From: Crocosphaera subtropica ATCC 51142
GTDB lineage: Bacteria; Cyanobacteriota; Cyanobacteriia; Cyanobacteriales; Microcystaceae
NCBI RefSeq assembly: GCF_000017845.1
Contig: NC_010546.1
Location: forward strand, 2,160,001 to 2,192,000
Reading direction: 5' to 3'
Length of the DNA stretch: 32,000 nt
A program made the translations under genes and the position numbers. The notes under the pieces are model-generated. The model did no database searches and was not told the origin of the DNA. It saw only the letters and a list, made by a program, of their open reading frames with translations. Shown piece by piece: positions 19,931 through 29,184 of this stretch. Each line of letters starts with the position of its first letter. Positions within the stretch are counted from its first letter, which is position 1.

Positions 19931-19976
19931 TATCACATTTATTTTTGCGTGTGATTAAAATTTCAAGCGTGTGATA
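19931..19976. promoter_or_regulatory. Operator-like repeats: gcgtgtgat twice, exactly 20 bp apart, plus an inverted tatcaca
   Basis: gcgtgtgat at 19947-19955 and 19967-19975. tatcaca at 19931-19937 is the reverse complement of tgtgata at 19970-19976. Located in the divergent intergenic region upstream of the DGQHR gene. Confidence 0.4.
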
Positions 19977-20010
19977 AACTTGAATTACTGTTTTTAGAGC
20001 AATCATAACG

Positions 20011-21291
20011 ATGGATAGTATTTTCTCTGACTCCAAAACAATCAATAACTCCTCTGATGTTTTTTCGGGAAATATCTCTGATTTAGTCAATTCTGAACTG
20101 GTAGAGTCCATTCAACAGAGTATTCAACCCATCATGGTCAAGGGATACAGAAAAGGACAAACCTTCTTAGCTGTTGGTTCGCAACATGGTAAACGGTTGA
20201 TGCTACAAATTAATGTTCATGCCAGCGAAATACCCACATTACTAACATCAAGAAACGTTCCAGAAGATAGTAATAACCCCAATTCTGGAAAAAACCGTCC
20301 TATCAACGATAATCATGTTAGAAAAATTAAAAATTATATTAAAGAAAGGATTAAAGCGGATAATAAATGGATTTTAGGGACAATTACAGCAAATATTGAT
20401 CCTGAACCCACCAAAATTTTGTATCAAAAGATTTGGGGAGATTTATATGTTGCTTTCATTTTCAATAGTACGTCTTTAGAAATAACAGACGGACAGCATC
20501 GTAAAAAAGCGATCGAACAACTCCTAAGTGAAGATCGAGATTTAATGGCTGATATTACATTTCCTGTTAATTTAGTATTAGAAGGGGATTTAAGCCAATG
20601 TCAAACGGATTTTCGAGATATGGCTCAAACTTTATCCATCCCTCAATCTCTTCTGGTTGCTTATGGTGGATATGGAAAAGATGCGATCGCTAAGGAAATA
20701 GTTGAACAGGTTAACCTCTTTCGTAACAAAACCCAAAAAATTAAGTCTACACCTGGATCGAAAACAGGTTATATCTATACGATTAACTATGTTGCGAAGT
20801 TAGTTAGTTGTGCTTTTACAGGGAAGTCAACGGATAAGCTTTCTGAAATTAATACAGATGAGTTAGTAGAAGCGAGAGCAAAAGAATTAAGTGAATGTCT
20901 TAACTATTTCTTTTATCACTATGCTCAAATAGCAAATGATTTTGATAAAGATAGTCATTGGCGAAAAATGGCAAAATTGACAGGGGAAATTATTGAAAAA
21001 GAAAAAGTACATTGGAAAGTTGCCACAGATTTTCGAAAAAATTGTATTTTGGGTATTAGTGTGGGTTTAGAAACTTTAGGTGACTTACTCTTTTCTACTC
21101 TTGATCGTGAAAGTAATCAATTTGATCGCAATAAAGTTAAACAACTAGCAGAATCAATTGATTGGTCAAGACAAGGAAATTGTTGGCAAGATACATTAAT
21201 TTCTCCTGACGGGAAAGGAGGTATTAAACTAAACACTAGCCGCAAATCAGTTAAGGTTGCCGTAGAACGTTGTCTTGAAGTCTCAACTTGA
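20011..21291 (+). CDS. DGQHR-domain protein (DndB-like, ParB/Srx-fold superfamily)
   Basis: 426 aa. Exact DGQHR motif at D160-R164 (nt 20488-20502) in the context LEITDGQHRKKAIEQL, followed by QTDFRDMAQ. No SD before the 20011 ATG, so the true start may be Met42 (nt 20134). Confidence 0.8.
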   Translation: MDSIFSDSKTINNSSDVFSGNISDLVNSELVESIQQSIQPIMVKGYRKGQTFLAVGSQHGKRLMLQINVHASEIPTLLTSRNVPEDSNNPNSGKNRPINDNHVRKIKNYIKERIKADNKWILGTITANIDPEPTKILYQKIWGDLYVAFIFNSTSLEITDGQHRKKAIEQLLSEDRDLMADITFPVNLVLEGDLSQCQTDFRDMAQTLSIPQSLLVAYGGYGKDAIAKEIVEQVNLFRNKTQKIKSTPGSKTGYIYTINYVAKLVSCAFTGKSTDKLSEINTDELVEARAKELSECLNYFFYHYAQIANDFDKDSHWRKMAKLTGEIIEKEKVHWKVATDFRKNCILGISVGLETLGDLLFSTLDRESNQFDRNKVKQLAESIDWSRQGNCWQDTLISPDGKGGIKLNTSRKSVKVAVERCLEVST

Positions 21292-21384
21292 GATAATTAT
21301 AACTATTCAGGTTAGGAATTTTTAAGAATTGGAACAGCATTAAAATTTAGATTCTAAATCATTGATTTTCATTTTAAGCTGTTC

Positions 21385-21454
21385 CTTAACCTAGTTAATG
21401 ACTTGAGTCAGGAGAATGTTGTTATAATACAATAATAATTTGTTCAATCGATAC
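21385..21454. repeat. Direct repeat copy A: degenerate copy of the Uma2 gene 3' end
   Basis: 56 of 70 positions identical to 22199-22268 by manual alignment; 41 of the first 47 match. Confidence 0.75.
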
Positions 21455-21593
21455 AATGAAAAATTAATAGCTGAATGACTATCACTCACTTAAAACTTGA
21501 TAATCTGCCTCTTTTATACCCGTTTTTTATTTTGTTATGTCAGAATTATAATTGTCATGTTACAATTCCAACTAAATCTTAATCTTTATTTCT

Positions 21594-21863
21594 ATGGTAA
21601 TGATGATGGATGCTTTAGTAGAGAAACTTAATAACAAACTACATCAATGGAAACCGGACATTGCTGAACAAGTTAGACAATATATTACAGAGATTATTGA
21701 ATTAGCAGACCAAGATGGCTTAGAATTACTTCATTCTAGAATTAGTGAACAGGAAATAGAACACAAGCTAGAAACTGAAGCTTTCATGAAACTCGCAGAA
21801 ACAGGTTTTCCAGAATGGAATGACCCAGAAGAAGATATTTACGAAGATCATAACAATGTCTAA
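21594..21863 (+). CDS. Putative antitoxin of the MazF/PemK-like toxin
   Basis: 89 aa, acidic C-terminus (NDPEEDIYEDH). Its 3' end overlaps the toxin ATG by 8 nt. Family not recognised. Confidence 0.5.
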   Translation: MVMMMDALVEKLNNKLHQWKPDIAEQVRQYITEIIELADQDGLELLHSRISEQEIEHKLETEAFMKLAETGFPEWNDPEEDIYEDHNNV

Positions 21864-22203
21864 TCCCAAAACTAGGGAAATTTGGTTAGTTCGGTTTCCT
21901 TTTAGCGACTTGACTGCTACTAAACTAAGACCTGCGCTAATTTTAGCAGTACATAGAGAAAAGCAAATTATCTTGGGAGTCTTTTCTAAAATTCCCCTTG
22001 GAAACTGGCGAGAAACTTGGGTCATAATCAGCGAAAATCATCCTAATTTCTCACAAACAGGTTTAAAAAAGACCTCTGTAATCAGAACTGATAAAATTGC
22101 AACAGTTAATCGGTCTGTTTTTCAACGGAAATTAGGCATTCTACCCTCAGATATTCTAAATCAAGTGCAAACTGCTCTCAAAAAATCTTTAAATATTTCT
22201 TAA
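21856..22203 (+). CDS. MazF/PemK-family toxin endoribonuclease
   Basis: 115 aa from the ATG at 21856. REIWLVRFPFSDLTATKLRPALIL and SVIRTDKIATVNRSVF fit the PemK/MazF SH3-like fold pattern. Confidence 0.8.
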   Translation: MSNPKTREIWLVRFPFSDLTATKLRPALILAVHREKQIILGVFSKIPLGNWRETWVIISENHPNFSQTGLKKTSVIRTDKIATVNRSVFQRKLGILPSDILNQVQTALKKSLNIS

Positions 22204-22268
22204 CCTAATTAATTACTTGAGTCAGAAGACTGTTGTGATAATATAGTCCTAACTTGTTCAACAGATAA
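22199..22268. repeat. Direct repeat copy B (the 3' end of the Uma2 gene and its flank)
   Basis: Partner of 21385-21454. It covers the MazF stop codon and the last ~17 codons of the Uma2 gene. Confidence 0.75.
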
Positions 22269-22940
22269 ACTCAAAGCATCTGCTATCTGTTCTAAGGTTA
22301 AGCCTAATTCTTGAAGACGAATAACTGCTAATAATTGATTATTTTCTAAATCCTTGACCTTTTCTTGAGGGGTTAAAACTAACTCTTCTTCAGGAGTAAA
22401 ATAACGTAATTTTCCGTCATGAATTCCTAAATATAATTCTAATTGATCACTCCATAAATACCCTTTCTCATTAGGTTGAATCGGTTCATATTTTCCTTGA
22501 GATAACCTAAATCCTTGAAACTCTAAACTAACAGGATCAAACCAGAAATAATTAGGGGTGCGAAAGATATTTCGATAGAGTTCTTTTTTCTTTGTTCTAT
22601 CAACTTTTGCCGTAGAATCTGACAGAATCTCTACAATTACATGAGGATATTGACCATTTTCTCCCCAGACAACCCAACTTTTACGAGGTCGTTTTTCGGT
22701 ATTTAACACCACAAAAAAATCAGGTCCACAAAAATCCCGTTTTTTCAGTTGTTCGGTATTGTAATAAATCGTTAGATTGCCTGTTGCATAATAATCATTT
22801 CTATCTGACCAAAAACTCTCTAAACAGCTTAAAAGTAGAATAATTTGTTGTAAATGAAGATCACTTTCCAAGGGAGGTTCATCACTCCATAAGTCTGTAG
22901 GAGGACAAATAACATCAGAGGGAACATTTAGGGTCGTCAT
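22209..22940 (-). CDS. Uma2-family (DUF820) PD-(D/E)xK-like endonuclease with a C-terminal helical extension
   Basis: 243 aa. Core PDFFVV...PHVIVEILSDSTAKVDRTKKKELYRNIFRTPNYFWFDP matches the Uma2 pattern (D...E-x-K, then K..Y). Confidence 0.8.
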   Translation of the reverse strand: MTTLNVPSDVICPPTDLWSDEPPLESDLHLQQIILLLSCLESFWSDRNDYYATGNLTIYYNTEQLKKRDFCGPDFFVVLNTEKRPRKSWVVWGENGQYPHVIVEILSDSTAKVDRTKKKELYRNIFRTPNYFWFDPVSLEFQGFRLSQGKYEPIQPNEKGYLWSDQLELYLGIHDGKLRYFTPEEELVLTPQEKVKDLENNQLLAVIRLQELGLTLEQIADALSLSVEQVRTILSQQSSDSSN

Positions 22941-23158
22941 ATAGTTTAAACCCTTAGTTTAGACAAGCTTATCATAACACAATTAAAGTAATCAGTTATC
23001 AGTGACCAATCACCAGAAAATCAAAAATATTGTCTTAACTCAGAAGTCACGTTAATAAAAGTTGAATTATTGGGAACTCTTAAAGTAGCAAGCTATTAAT
23101 CGACATTTAGTTTGTTACACACTATAAATATTTTGCAACATTTGATGTTGCTTTTTGT

Positions 23159-25477
23159 ATGACAAACACTTCTAGAAAATCATTATCCTTATTTCAACAA
23201 TTCCGTCAACAAATTAAATCCGCCCCTCCTCTAAAAACAGAAGAGTCTGCTATCTTTCGGATTTTAGTACAATGTTTAGTTATTGTGGGAATTATTGCCA
23301 CTGATATTGCTGCTGGAACTCAGATGAGTTTTTGGGCAATTCCTTTAAGTATTATAGGGGGTGTTTGGAGTTGGTATCGTCGTAAACATCGCAATATTAC
23401 CCTTAAATTTTTCTTGGCTATAGGGATGTTAGCGGTACTTTCTTTCTTCTTACTTCATTTAACCCAAAACCTTAATGATAGTCGTTTAGTCTTAGCAGAA
23501 TTATTAGTTCAATTACAAGTTTTACATAGTTTTGATTTACCCAGACGCAAAGATTTAGGGTATTCAATGGTCATTGGTTTGATTTTATTAGGAGTTGCTG
23601 GAACCATCTCTCAGACGATCGCTTTTGCACCTTGGCTATTATTGTTTTTAATTTTAGCTATTCCTACTTTAGTGTTAGATTATCGATCACGCTTAGGTTT
23701 AGAAGCCGTTGATCAAAGCTTTAAACTACCGTTTAAATCTCGTAAAGCATCTCGAAACCCTATTAAATATTCTCCCATTTCTTTCAAAAGTATTACTGTG
23801 TTAATTGCCATTACTTTAGTGTTTGGCTTATCTATTTTTACTCTGATGCCACGCTTTCCAGGGTATCAATTACAAACCTTTCCCGTTGATAGTCCTTTAG
23901 ATGCAGATAGTCAAAAATTTAGTGGGCAAAATAAGGGAATTGTTAACCCAGGATATAACAATCAAGAAAATGGAACAGGAAGTAACGGACAAGGAACTAA
24001 TAATAATGTTTCTCAAGGACAAGGAGAAGTTGATGATACTTATTATTATGGATTTAATACTAAGATAAATCAAAACTTACGGGGAGAAATGAAACCCAAA
24101 ATTGTGATGAGAGTGCGATCGCAATCTCCTGGGTTTTGGAAAGCCTTATCTTTTGATCATTATACGGGCCAAGGATGGGAAATTACTAATGATAAAGACT
24201 TCGATACTATTAGACGGGACCGTTGGTCTTATAAGTTCTTTTTGCACCTGCCAAATAGTGCAATGAAAACCAAAAAAGTAATTCAAAGTTATACAGCAGT
24301 TGCTGATTTACCTAATATTATTCCTTCTCTTTCTTCGCCAAAACATCTTTATTTTCCGGCACAAGAAATCGGAATTGATGATCTTAATAATTTGCGATCG
24401 CCTGTCGGTTTAGTGGAAGGGTTAACGTATACAGTGGTGTCAGATGTTCCTTATCGAGATCGAACAGCATTACAAAAATCTCCCCCTGAATATTCTGACA
24501 AAATTAAAGAAACTTATCTCGATGTTCCCCTAGACATTGAAGAGAAAGTTCGAGAAAAAACCCTAGAGATTTTAAATCGTAGCGAAAAACCACTCAACTC
24601 ACCTTATGAAGTCGCCTTATTTTTAACCCAAGCAGTTAAACAAAAATATGCAATTCAAGAGGAGTTACCGTTTTTTGATAAGGATGAAGACTTAGTTGAA
24701 TCGTTCTTGTTTAAATATGAAGGAGGTATTTCTGATCACTTTTCCACTGTTTTAACTATCATGTTACGTTCTGTAGGTATTCCTGCTAGATTAACGGTTG
24801 GTTTTGCCCCAGGGAAATTCAATCCTTTAACTGGGTTTTATGTGGTTAAAAACACCGATGCTTATGCCTTAACTGAGGTTTATTTTCCTCATTTTGGTTG
24901 GTATCCGTTTGATCCTATTCCTGGCCATGATTTATTTCCAGCCTCTTTAGAAGAAGACCAAACTTTTAGCGTTTTAAAGCAATTTTGGAATTGGATTGCT
25001 GGTTGGTTACCTTCCCCAGTGGCTAACTTTTTCAACATTATTTGGACTAAAATTATTGTTGGCTTTATTAGCTTCTTAGGATGGTTATGGCGGTTTTTTT
25101 CTAGTGGTTTAATAGGTACATTGGTAGGACTTTTATTAGCAGTTGTTTTAGGGTTATTAGGTTGGTTAGGTTGGGGACAATTAAGAAAATTAGGTTATTA
25201 TCATCGCCTGACAAAATTACCCCCAATGGTACAATTATACGAAAAGATGTTAGGGGTACTGAAATCAAAAGGATATCCGAAACATTACGCTCAAACTCCT
25301 CTAGAATACGTTGAAATATCCTATCAACAACATCGAGACGAGCAAGCAGAAATTATTGATGAAATTTCTCATGCTTATGTTAGTTGGCGATATGGAGAAA
25401 ATGGCCAAAACCTTAACTATTTAAAGCAACAACTGAAGGTTTTAGTAAAGAGTTTAAACCGCAGAAATGCTTCTTAA
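23159..25477 (+). CDS. TgpA-like membrane protein (DUF3488 N-terminal TM region, transglutaminase-like core, C-terminal TM/DUF4129-like region)
   Basis: 772 aa. About six N-terminal TM helices. Core GGISDHFSTVLTIMLRSVGIPARLTVGF...DAYALTEVYF...FDPIPG aligns to the transglutaminase-like Cys/His/Asp region. C-terminal TM helices. Confidence 0.8.
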   Translation: MTNTSRKSLSLFQQFRQQIKSAPPLKTEESAIFRILVQCLVIVGIIATDIAAGTQMSFWAIPLSIIGGVWSWYRRKHRNITLKFFLAIGMLAVLSFFLLHLTQNLNDSRLVLAELLVQLQVLHSFDLPRRKDLGYSMVIGLILLGVAGTISQTIAFAPWLLLFLILAIPTLVLDYRSRLGLEAVDQSFKLPFKSRKASRNPIKYSPISFKSITVLIAITLVFGLSIFTLMPRFPGYQLQTFPVDSPLDADSQKFSGQNKGIVNPGYNNQENGTGSNGQGTNNNVSQGQGEVDDTYYYGFNTKINQNLRGEMKPKIVMRVRSQSPGFWKALSFDHYTGQGWEITNDKDFDTIRRDRWSYKFFLHLPNSAMKTKKVIQSYTAVADLPNIIPSLSSPKHLYFPAQEIGIDDLNNLRSPVGLVEGLTYTVVSDVPYRDRTALQKSPPEYSDKIKETYLDVPLDIEEKVREKTLEILNRSEKPLNSPYEVALFLTQAVKQKYAIQEELPFFDKDEDLVESFLFKYEGGISDHFSTVLTIMLRSVGIPARLTVGFAPGKFNPLTGFYVVKNTDAYALTEVYFPHFGWYPFDPIPGHDLFPASLEEDQTFSVLKQFWNWIAGWLPSPVANFFNIIWTKIIVGFISFLGWLWRFFSSGLIGTLVGLLLAVVLGLLGWLGWGQLRKLGYYHRLTKLPPMVQLYEKMLGVLKSKGYPKHYAQTPLEYVEISYQQHRDEQAEIIDEISHAYVSWRYGENGQNLNYLKQQLKVLVKSLNRRNAS

Positions 25478-25503
25478 GCGTAACTGTCTTTGACTAAGTA
25501 GTA

Positions 25504-25522
25504 AGGTGGGTAATTCCCACCT
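25504..25522. terminator. Hairpin aggtggg-taatt-cccacct between convergent genes
   Basis: 7-bp perfect stem between the TgpA-like stop (25477) and the methyltransferase stop (25538). Confidence 0.4.
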
Positions 25523-25537
25523 GAACAGGAATATCAA

Positions 25538-26167
25538 TTAGGAAAAATTAGGACTTGCTGTAAATATCATTAAACCCCAAACCCAACTAAAACTAAATTT
25601 AGTGTTGTCAATAATTTGTAATTCTGTAGAGGCTAAAAATTGACTTAATTCTGTTTGTGTATAACAATTTTTATGACTGGCATCAAATAGTGTTAAAATT
25701 AAGTCGCAGATTTTCATGGTTAAATAATCTCGACACCAATCTAATATTATAATTTGACCATCAGGTTTAACCAGTCGTTTCATTTCCTTTAAGGCAGTGA
25801 TAGGATCATCAAAATAATGAAACGCATTGGCACAAATTACATAGTCAAAATTATTATTCTCAAAGGGTAAAGAAGTGACGGAAAATTGATGAAATTCAAC
25901 ATTAGAATAATTCTGACATTTTTCTTTTGCTATCTTTAGCATTTCTGAGGATATATCAACCCCAATGATCTGTAAATTAGGCTGATCTTGAAGTAACATT
26001 TCTGCAAAAATTCCCGTCCCACAAGCCACATCGAAAACAGTAGATTGAGCAGAAATATTAACCCAATTTTTCAAAAAAGATAAACTATTACTATGATAAT
26101 GATGCCAGCGCTTGTCATAGATATTAGCAAGTTTATTATATTGAGAACGGATAGTATGTTCATTCAT
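25538..26167 (-). CDS. Class I SAM-dependent methyltransferase (type 11-like)
   Basis: 209 aa. Motif I VFDVACGTGIF, then GVDIS and VKPDGQIIILDW. Begins 6 nt downstream of mutS on the same strand. Confidence 0.8.
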   Translation of the reverse strand: MNEHTIRSQYNKLANIYDKRWHHYHSNSLSFLKNWVNISAQSTVFDVACGTGIFAEMLLQDQPNLQIIGVDISSEMLKIAKEKCQNYSNVEFHQFSVTSLPFENNNFDYVICANAFHYFDDPITALKEMKRLVKPDGQIIILDWCRDYLTMKICDLILTLFDASHKNCYTQTELSQFLASTELQIIDNTKFSFSWVWGLMIFTASPNFS

Positions 26168-26173
26168 AGCAGT

Positions 26174-28828
26174 TTAAAAATCATCAAAAATATCTAATTG
26201 TTCAATTAATTCTGCTTTATTATTTTTATTGTTTTTAGGATTAATTTGACTAATGCCTTCTCTCAACCCTAACGCAATTTTACTGTGAGTTTCTATCTGG
26301 TTCATAACTTGTTTTGCCCGACTAATAACCGAAGCAGGTAAACCGGCTAATCTTCCCGCTTCAATGCCATAAGATTTATCAGCCCCACCCGGTCTAACTT
26401 GATGTAAAAAGACAATTTCATGGGGTAATTCTTGCACCGTCACTTGATAGTTAGCTACATTAAAAAGAATAGAAGCAAGTTCATTTAATTCATGGTAATG
26501 AGTCGCAAAAATAGTTCTTCCTTGTACTTCTGTGGCGAGATATTCTGCTACCGCCCAAGCAATAGAAAGTCCGTCAAAAGTAGCGGTTCCCCTGCCAATT
26601 TCATCTAATAAAATTAAAGATTTTTCGGTCGCATGATTTAAAATATTGGCTGTTTCATTCATTTCTACCATAAACGTTGATTGTCCCGTGGCTAAATCAT
26701 CTACTGCACCTACACGGGTAAAAATGCGATCGCTAATGCCTAATTTTGCCTCTGTAGCAGGGACAAAACTCCCCGTCTGGGCCATTAATTGAATCAGTCC
26801 AACTTGTCTTAAATAACAGCTTTTTCCACTGGCATTAGGACCGGTTAAAATGATTAAATCGGGGCTAGTTTCTCCTTCATTGCGTCCCATGTTAGTGGAG
26901 TTGGGAACGAATAAACCAAACCCTAAAGATTGTTCTACTACAGGGTGTCGACCGTCTGCGATTTCTATTAAGCGACTATCTAAAATTTCGGGGCGACAAT
27001 AGCCTTGAAATACAGCAATTTCTGCAAATCCTGATAAGACATCAATGGCAGCCACTGCTTTAGCAATTTTACGAATTTCTTGGGCTTTTTCTGCTACTTT
27101 TAAACGCAATTCTACAAAAATTTCATACTCTAATTTATTGAGGTCATCTTGTGCGGTTAAGATACGGGTTTCTCGTTCTTTTAATTCTGGGGTAATATAC
27201 CGTTCTTCGTTGGTTAATGTTTGTTTTCTGACGTAATTATCCGGTGCTTGTTCTGCTTTACTGCGAGGCATACTTAAATAGTAGCCAAAGGTCTTATTAT
27301 ACCCAACCTTTAAGTTAGAAACGCCCGTTCTTTCTCTCTCGCTAATTTCTAAATTAGCTAACCATTGACGGTCATCTTCTAACCGTTTTCGCATGGTATC
27401 TAAATCAGCATTAATACCATCCCTGATAACACCACCATCTTTTAAATGTAAGGGAGGAGATTCCACTAAATGATCGATAACATAATGCCCTAATTTTTCT
27501 AAATCTGGGGGAATATTTTGTAAGGCTTTTAAATATAATGATTCCCCTTGTTGTGCTAATTCTGCTAACTCTTTTAACTTAACTAATGATTCCGCTAAAG
27601 ATAATAAATCCCGTGCATTAGCTGTTCCGGCTCCCACTCTTCCGCTAATTCTTTCTAAGTCATAAATACTGCGTAACAACTGTCTAATTTCTTGCCGTAA
27701 GGTAGGATTATCAATTAACTCTTGTATGGTGTTTTGTCTAGCAATAATTCCTTTAATGCTGATCAAAGGTTCTAATAACCAACGACGTAAGGCACGGCCT
27801 CCCATTGCTGTACAGGTGCGATCTAACGCCCATAACAAGGAACCATGAAAACTCCCATCTCTAACGGTTTGAGTTATTTCTAAATTGCGACGGGTTTGAT
27901 AATCTAAAATAAGAAAGTCAACTTGGTTATAAGTGCGTAATAATTGTAAGGGGACTTGATGGGCTTTTTGAGTATCTTCTATGTATTCTAATAAGCCGCC
28001 GGCTGCTCGAATCGCTAGGGGTAAATGTTCACAGCCAAACCCTTCTAAAGACCGAACTCGAAAGTTAATTAAAAGCTTACTTTTTGCCTCATTTAGAGTA
28101 AAAGGCGTTTGCGATCGCAGGGAATAACAAAAACAGTCAGGTAACACATCTGCTAAATATTGAGATTTTTCCCCAGGACGCAATAAACTGTTAATATCAG
28201 GGGCATTAGTAGGGATTAAAATCTCTGCTGGTTGTAGCCTTAATAACTCTAGATTGAGATTGGTTAATTCTTTTGATTGGGTAGTAAAAAATTCTCCTGT
28301 GGAGATGTCAGCGTAAGCGAGTCCCCAATGTTCGCCGGCAATGACAACTGCAGCTAAATAATTGTTCTGTTTCGCTGATAGCATTCCCTCATCTGTTAGG
28401 GTTCCTGGGGTCAAAAGTTTGGTAATTTGTCGCTCTACCATTCGCCCTTGGGCCGCAGCTTGGGCGGAGTCTTCTACTTGGTCACAAATCGCCACAGCAT
28501 AGCCTTTTTCTACTAATAAACGACTATAGCGATCTAAGGCATGATGGGGAACCCCAGTCATAGCAACCCTACCTATTTCTTTTCCCCCTTCTTTACTGGT
28601 TAACATTAACTCTAATTCTTGGGAAATGGTAACAGCATCTTGAAAAAAACATTCAAAAAAATCACCAACTCTGTATAGTAATAAAGCGTTAGGATACTGT
28701 TGTTTAACTTTTACATAATGTTGATACATTGGGGTTAATTTCTTAACCTCCAAGGGACGATAATCAGTATGAGGAGATTTACTGGTAGCAATATTAGGAT
28801 TAAGGTTTGATTCTGAATAACTGAACAT
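26174..28828 (-). CDS. mutS: DNA mismatch repair protein MutS
   Basis: 884 aa. N-terminal mismatch-binding [31 protein letters not shown], Walker A GPNASGKS, plus STFMVEMNE and [12 protein letters not shown]. Confidence 0.97.
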   Translation of the reverse strand: MFSYSESNLNPNIATSKSPHTDYRPLEVKKLTPMYQHYVKVKQQYPNALLLYRVGDFFECFFQDAVTISQELELMLTSKEGGKEIGRVAMTGVPHHALDRYSRLLVEKGYAVAICDQVEDSAQAAAQGRMVERQITKLLTPGTLTDEGMLSAKQNNYLAAVVIAGEHWGLAYADISTGEFFTTQSKELTNLNLELLRLQPAEILIPTNAPDINSLLRPGEKSQYLADVLPDCFCYSLRSQTPFTLNEAKSKLLINFRVRSLEGFGCEHLPLAIRAAGGLLEYIEDTQKAHQVPLQLLRTYNQVDFLILDYQTRRNLEITQTVRDGSFHGSLLWALDRTCTAMGGRALRRWLLEPLISIKGIIARQNTIQELIDNPTLRQEIRQLLRSIYDLERISGRVGAGTANARDLLSLAESLVKLKELAELAQQGESLYLKALQNIPPDLEKLGHYVIDHLVESPPLHLKDGGVIRDGINADLDTMRKRLEDDRQWLANLEISERERTGVSNLKVGYNKTFGYYLSMPRSKAEQAPDNYVRKQTLTNEERYITPELKERETRILTAQDDLNKLEYEIFVELRLKVAEKAQEIRKIAKAVAAIDVLSGFAEIAVFQGYCRPEILDSRLIEIADGRHPVVEQSLGFGLFVPNSTNMGRNEGETSPDLIILTGPNASGKSCYLRQVGLIQLMAQTGSFVPATEAKLGISDRIFTRVGAVDDLATGQSTFMVEMNETANILNHATEKSLILLDEIGRGTATFDGLSIAWAVAEYLATEVQGRTIFATHYHELNELASILFNVANYQVTVQELPHEIVFLHQVRPGGADKSYGIEAGRLAGLPASVISRAKQVMNQIETHSKIALGLREGISQINPKNNKNNKAELIEQLDIFDDF

Positions 28829-29021
28829 TGATAATCAGTGGTTGGAAAGTAATATTATAGTTTAGATAAGCAGGGTAATAGGGAGTAGGGAAAGGGGGAA
28901 TAACTTATTTACATTTCTTAAGATAATTCATTGTATTGATGTTTAAAGTCAGTCCATTATAAACTATCTTAGAGGATGAGTTTAGTAGGGTGGGCATTGC
29001 CGACCTTACAGTAATGTCATG

Positions 29022-29054
29022 AAAAAAAGGGTTAACTAACTAAGTTATTACCCT
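29022..29054 (-). terminator. Rho-independent-type terminator oriented for minus-strand transcription
   Basis: The hairpin at 29028-29054 has agggt/accct plus taac/gtta pairs with one bulge. On the minus strand it is followed by seven consecutive T (29022-29028). On the plus strand the tail is only ttaatcttt. Confidence 0.55.
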
Positions 29055-29113
29055 TTAATCTTTGTATTTAATTTTTATTAACTCATATTTTCTATTAAGG
29101 AAAAAAGAGCTTT

Positions 29114-29144
29114 TATTCAACTAGGTTCTCCTGTTCGGAGAAAG
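29114..29144. repeat. 31-bp direct repeat, copy 1 (tattcaactaggttctcctgttcggagaaag)
   Basis: Identical to 29185-29215. Contains the hairpin ttctcc-tgttc-ggagaa. Confidence 0.9.
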
Positions 29145-29184
29145 CTGAGTCAACAATTATTTGACGAGTATTTTGCGATGTTTC

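Noticed and set aside
19923-20111. 62-aa minus-strand ORF
   Set aside because: It overlaps the DGQHR 5' region and the operator-like intergenic region, and has no start context or similarity.
21768-22025. 85-aa minus-strand ORF
   Set aside because: It is antisense to the mazEF-like junction.
27045-27236. 63-aa + strand ORF
   Set aside because: It is antisense inside mutS.
28985-29010. ggtgggcattgccgacc imperfect palindrome resembling cyanobacterial GGGTGGGCAATGCCCACCC-type repeats
   Set aside because: It is degenerate, with a G-G mismatch in the stem, and single-copy in the window. No functional inference is possible.
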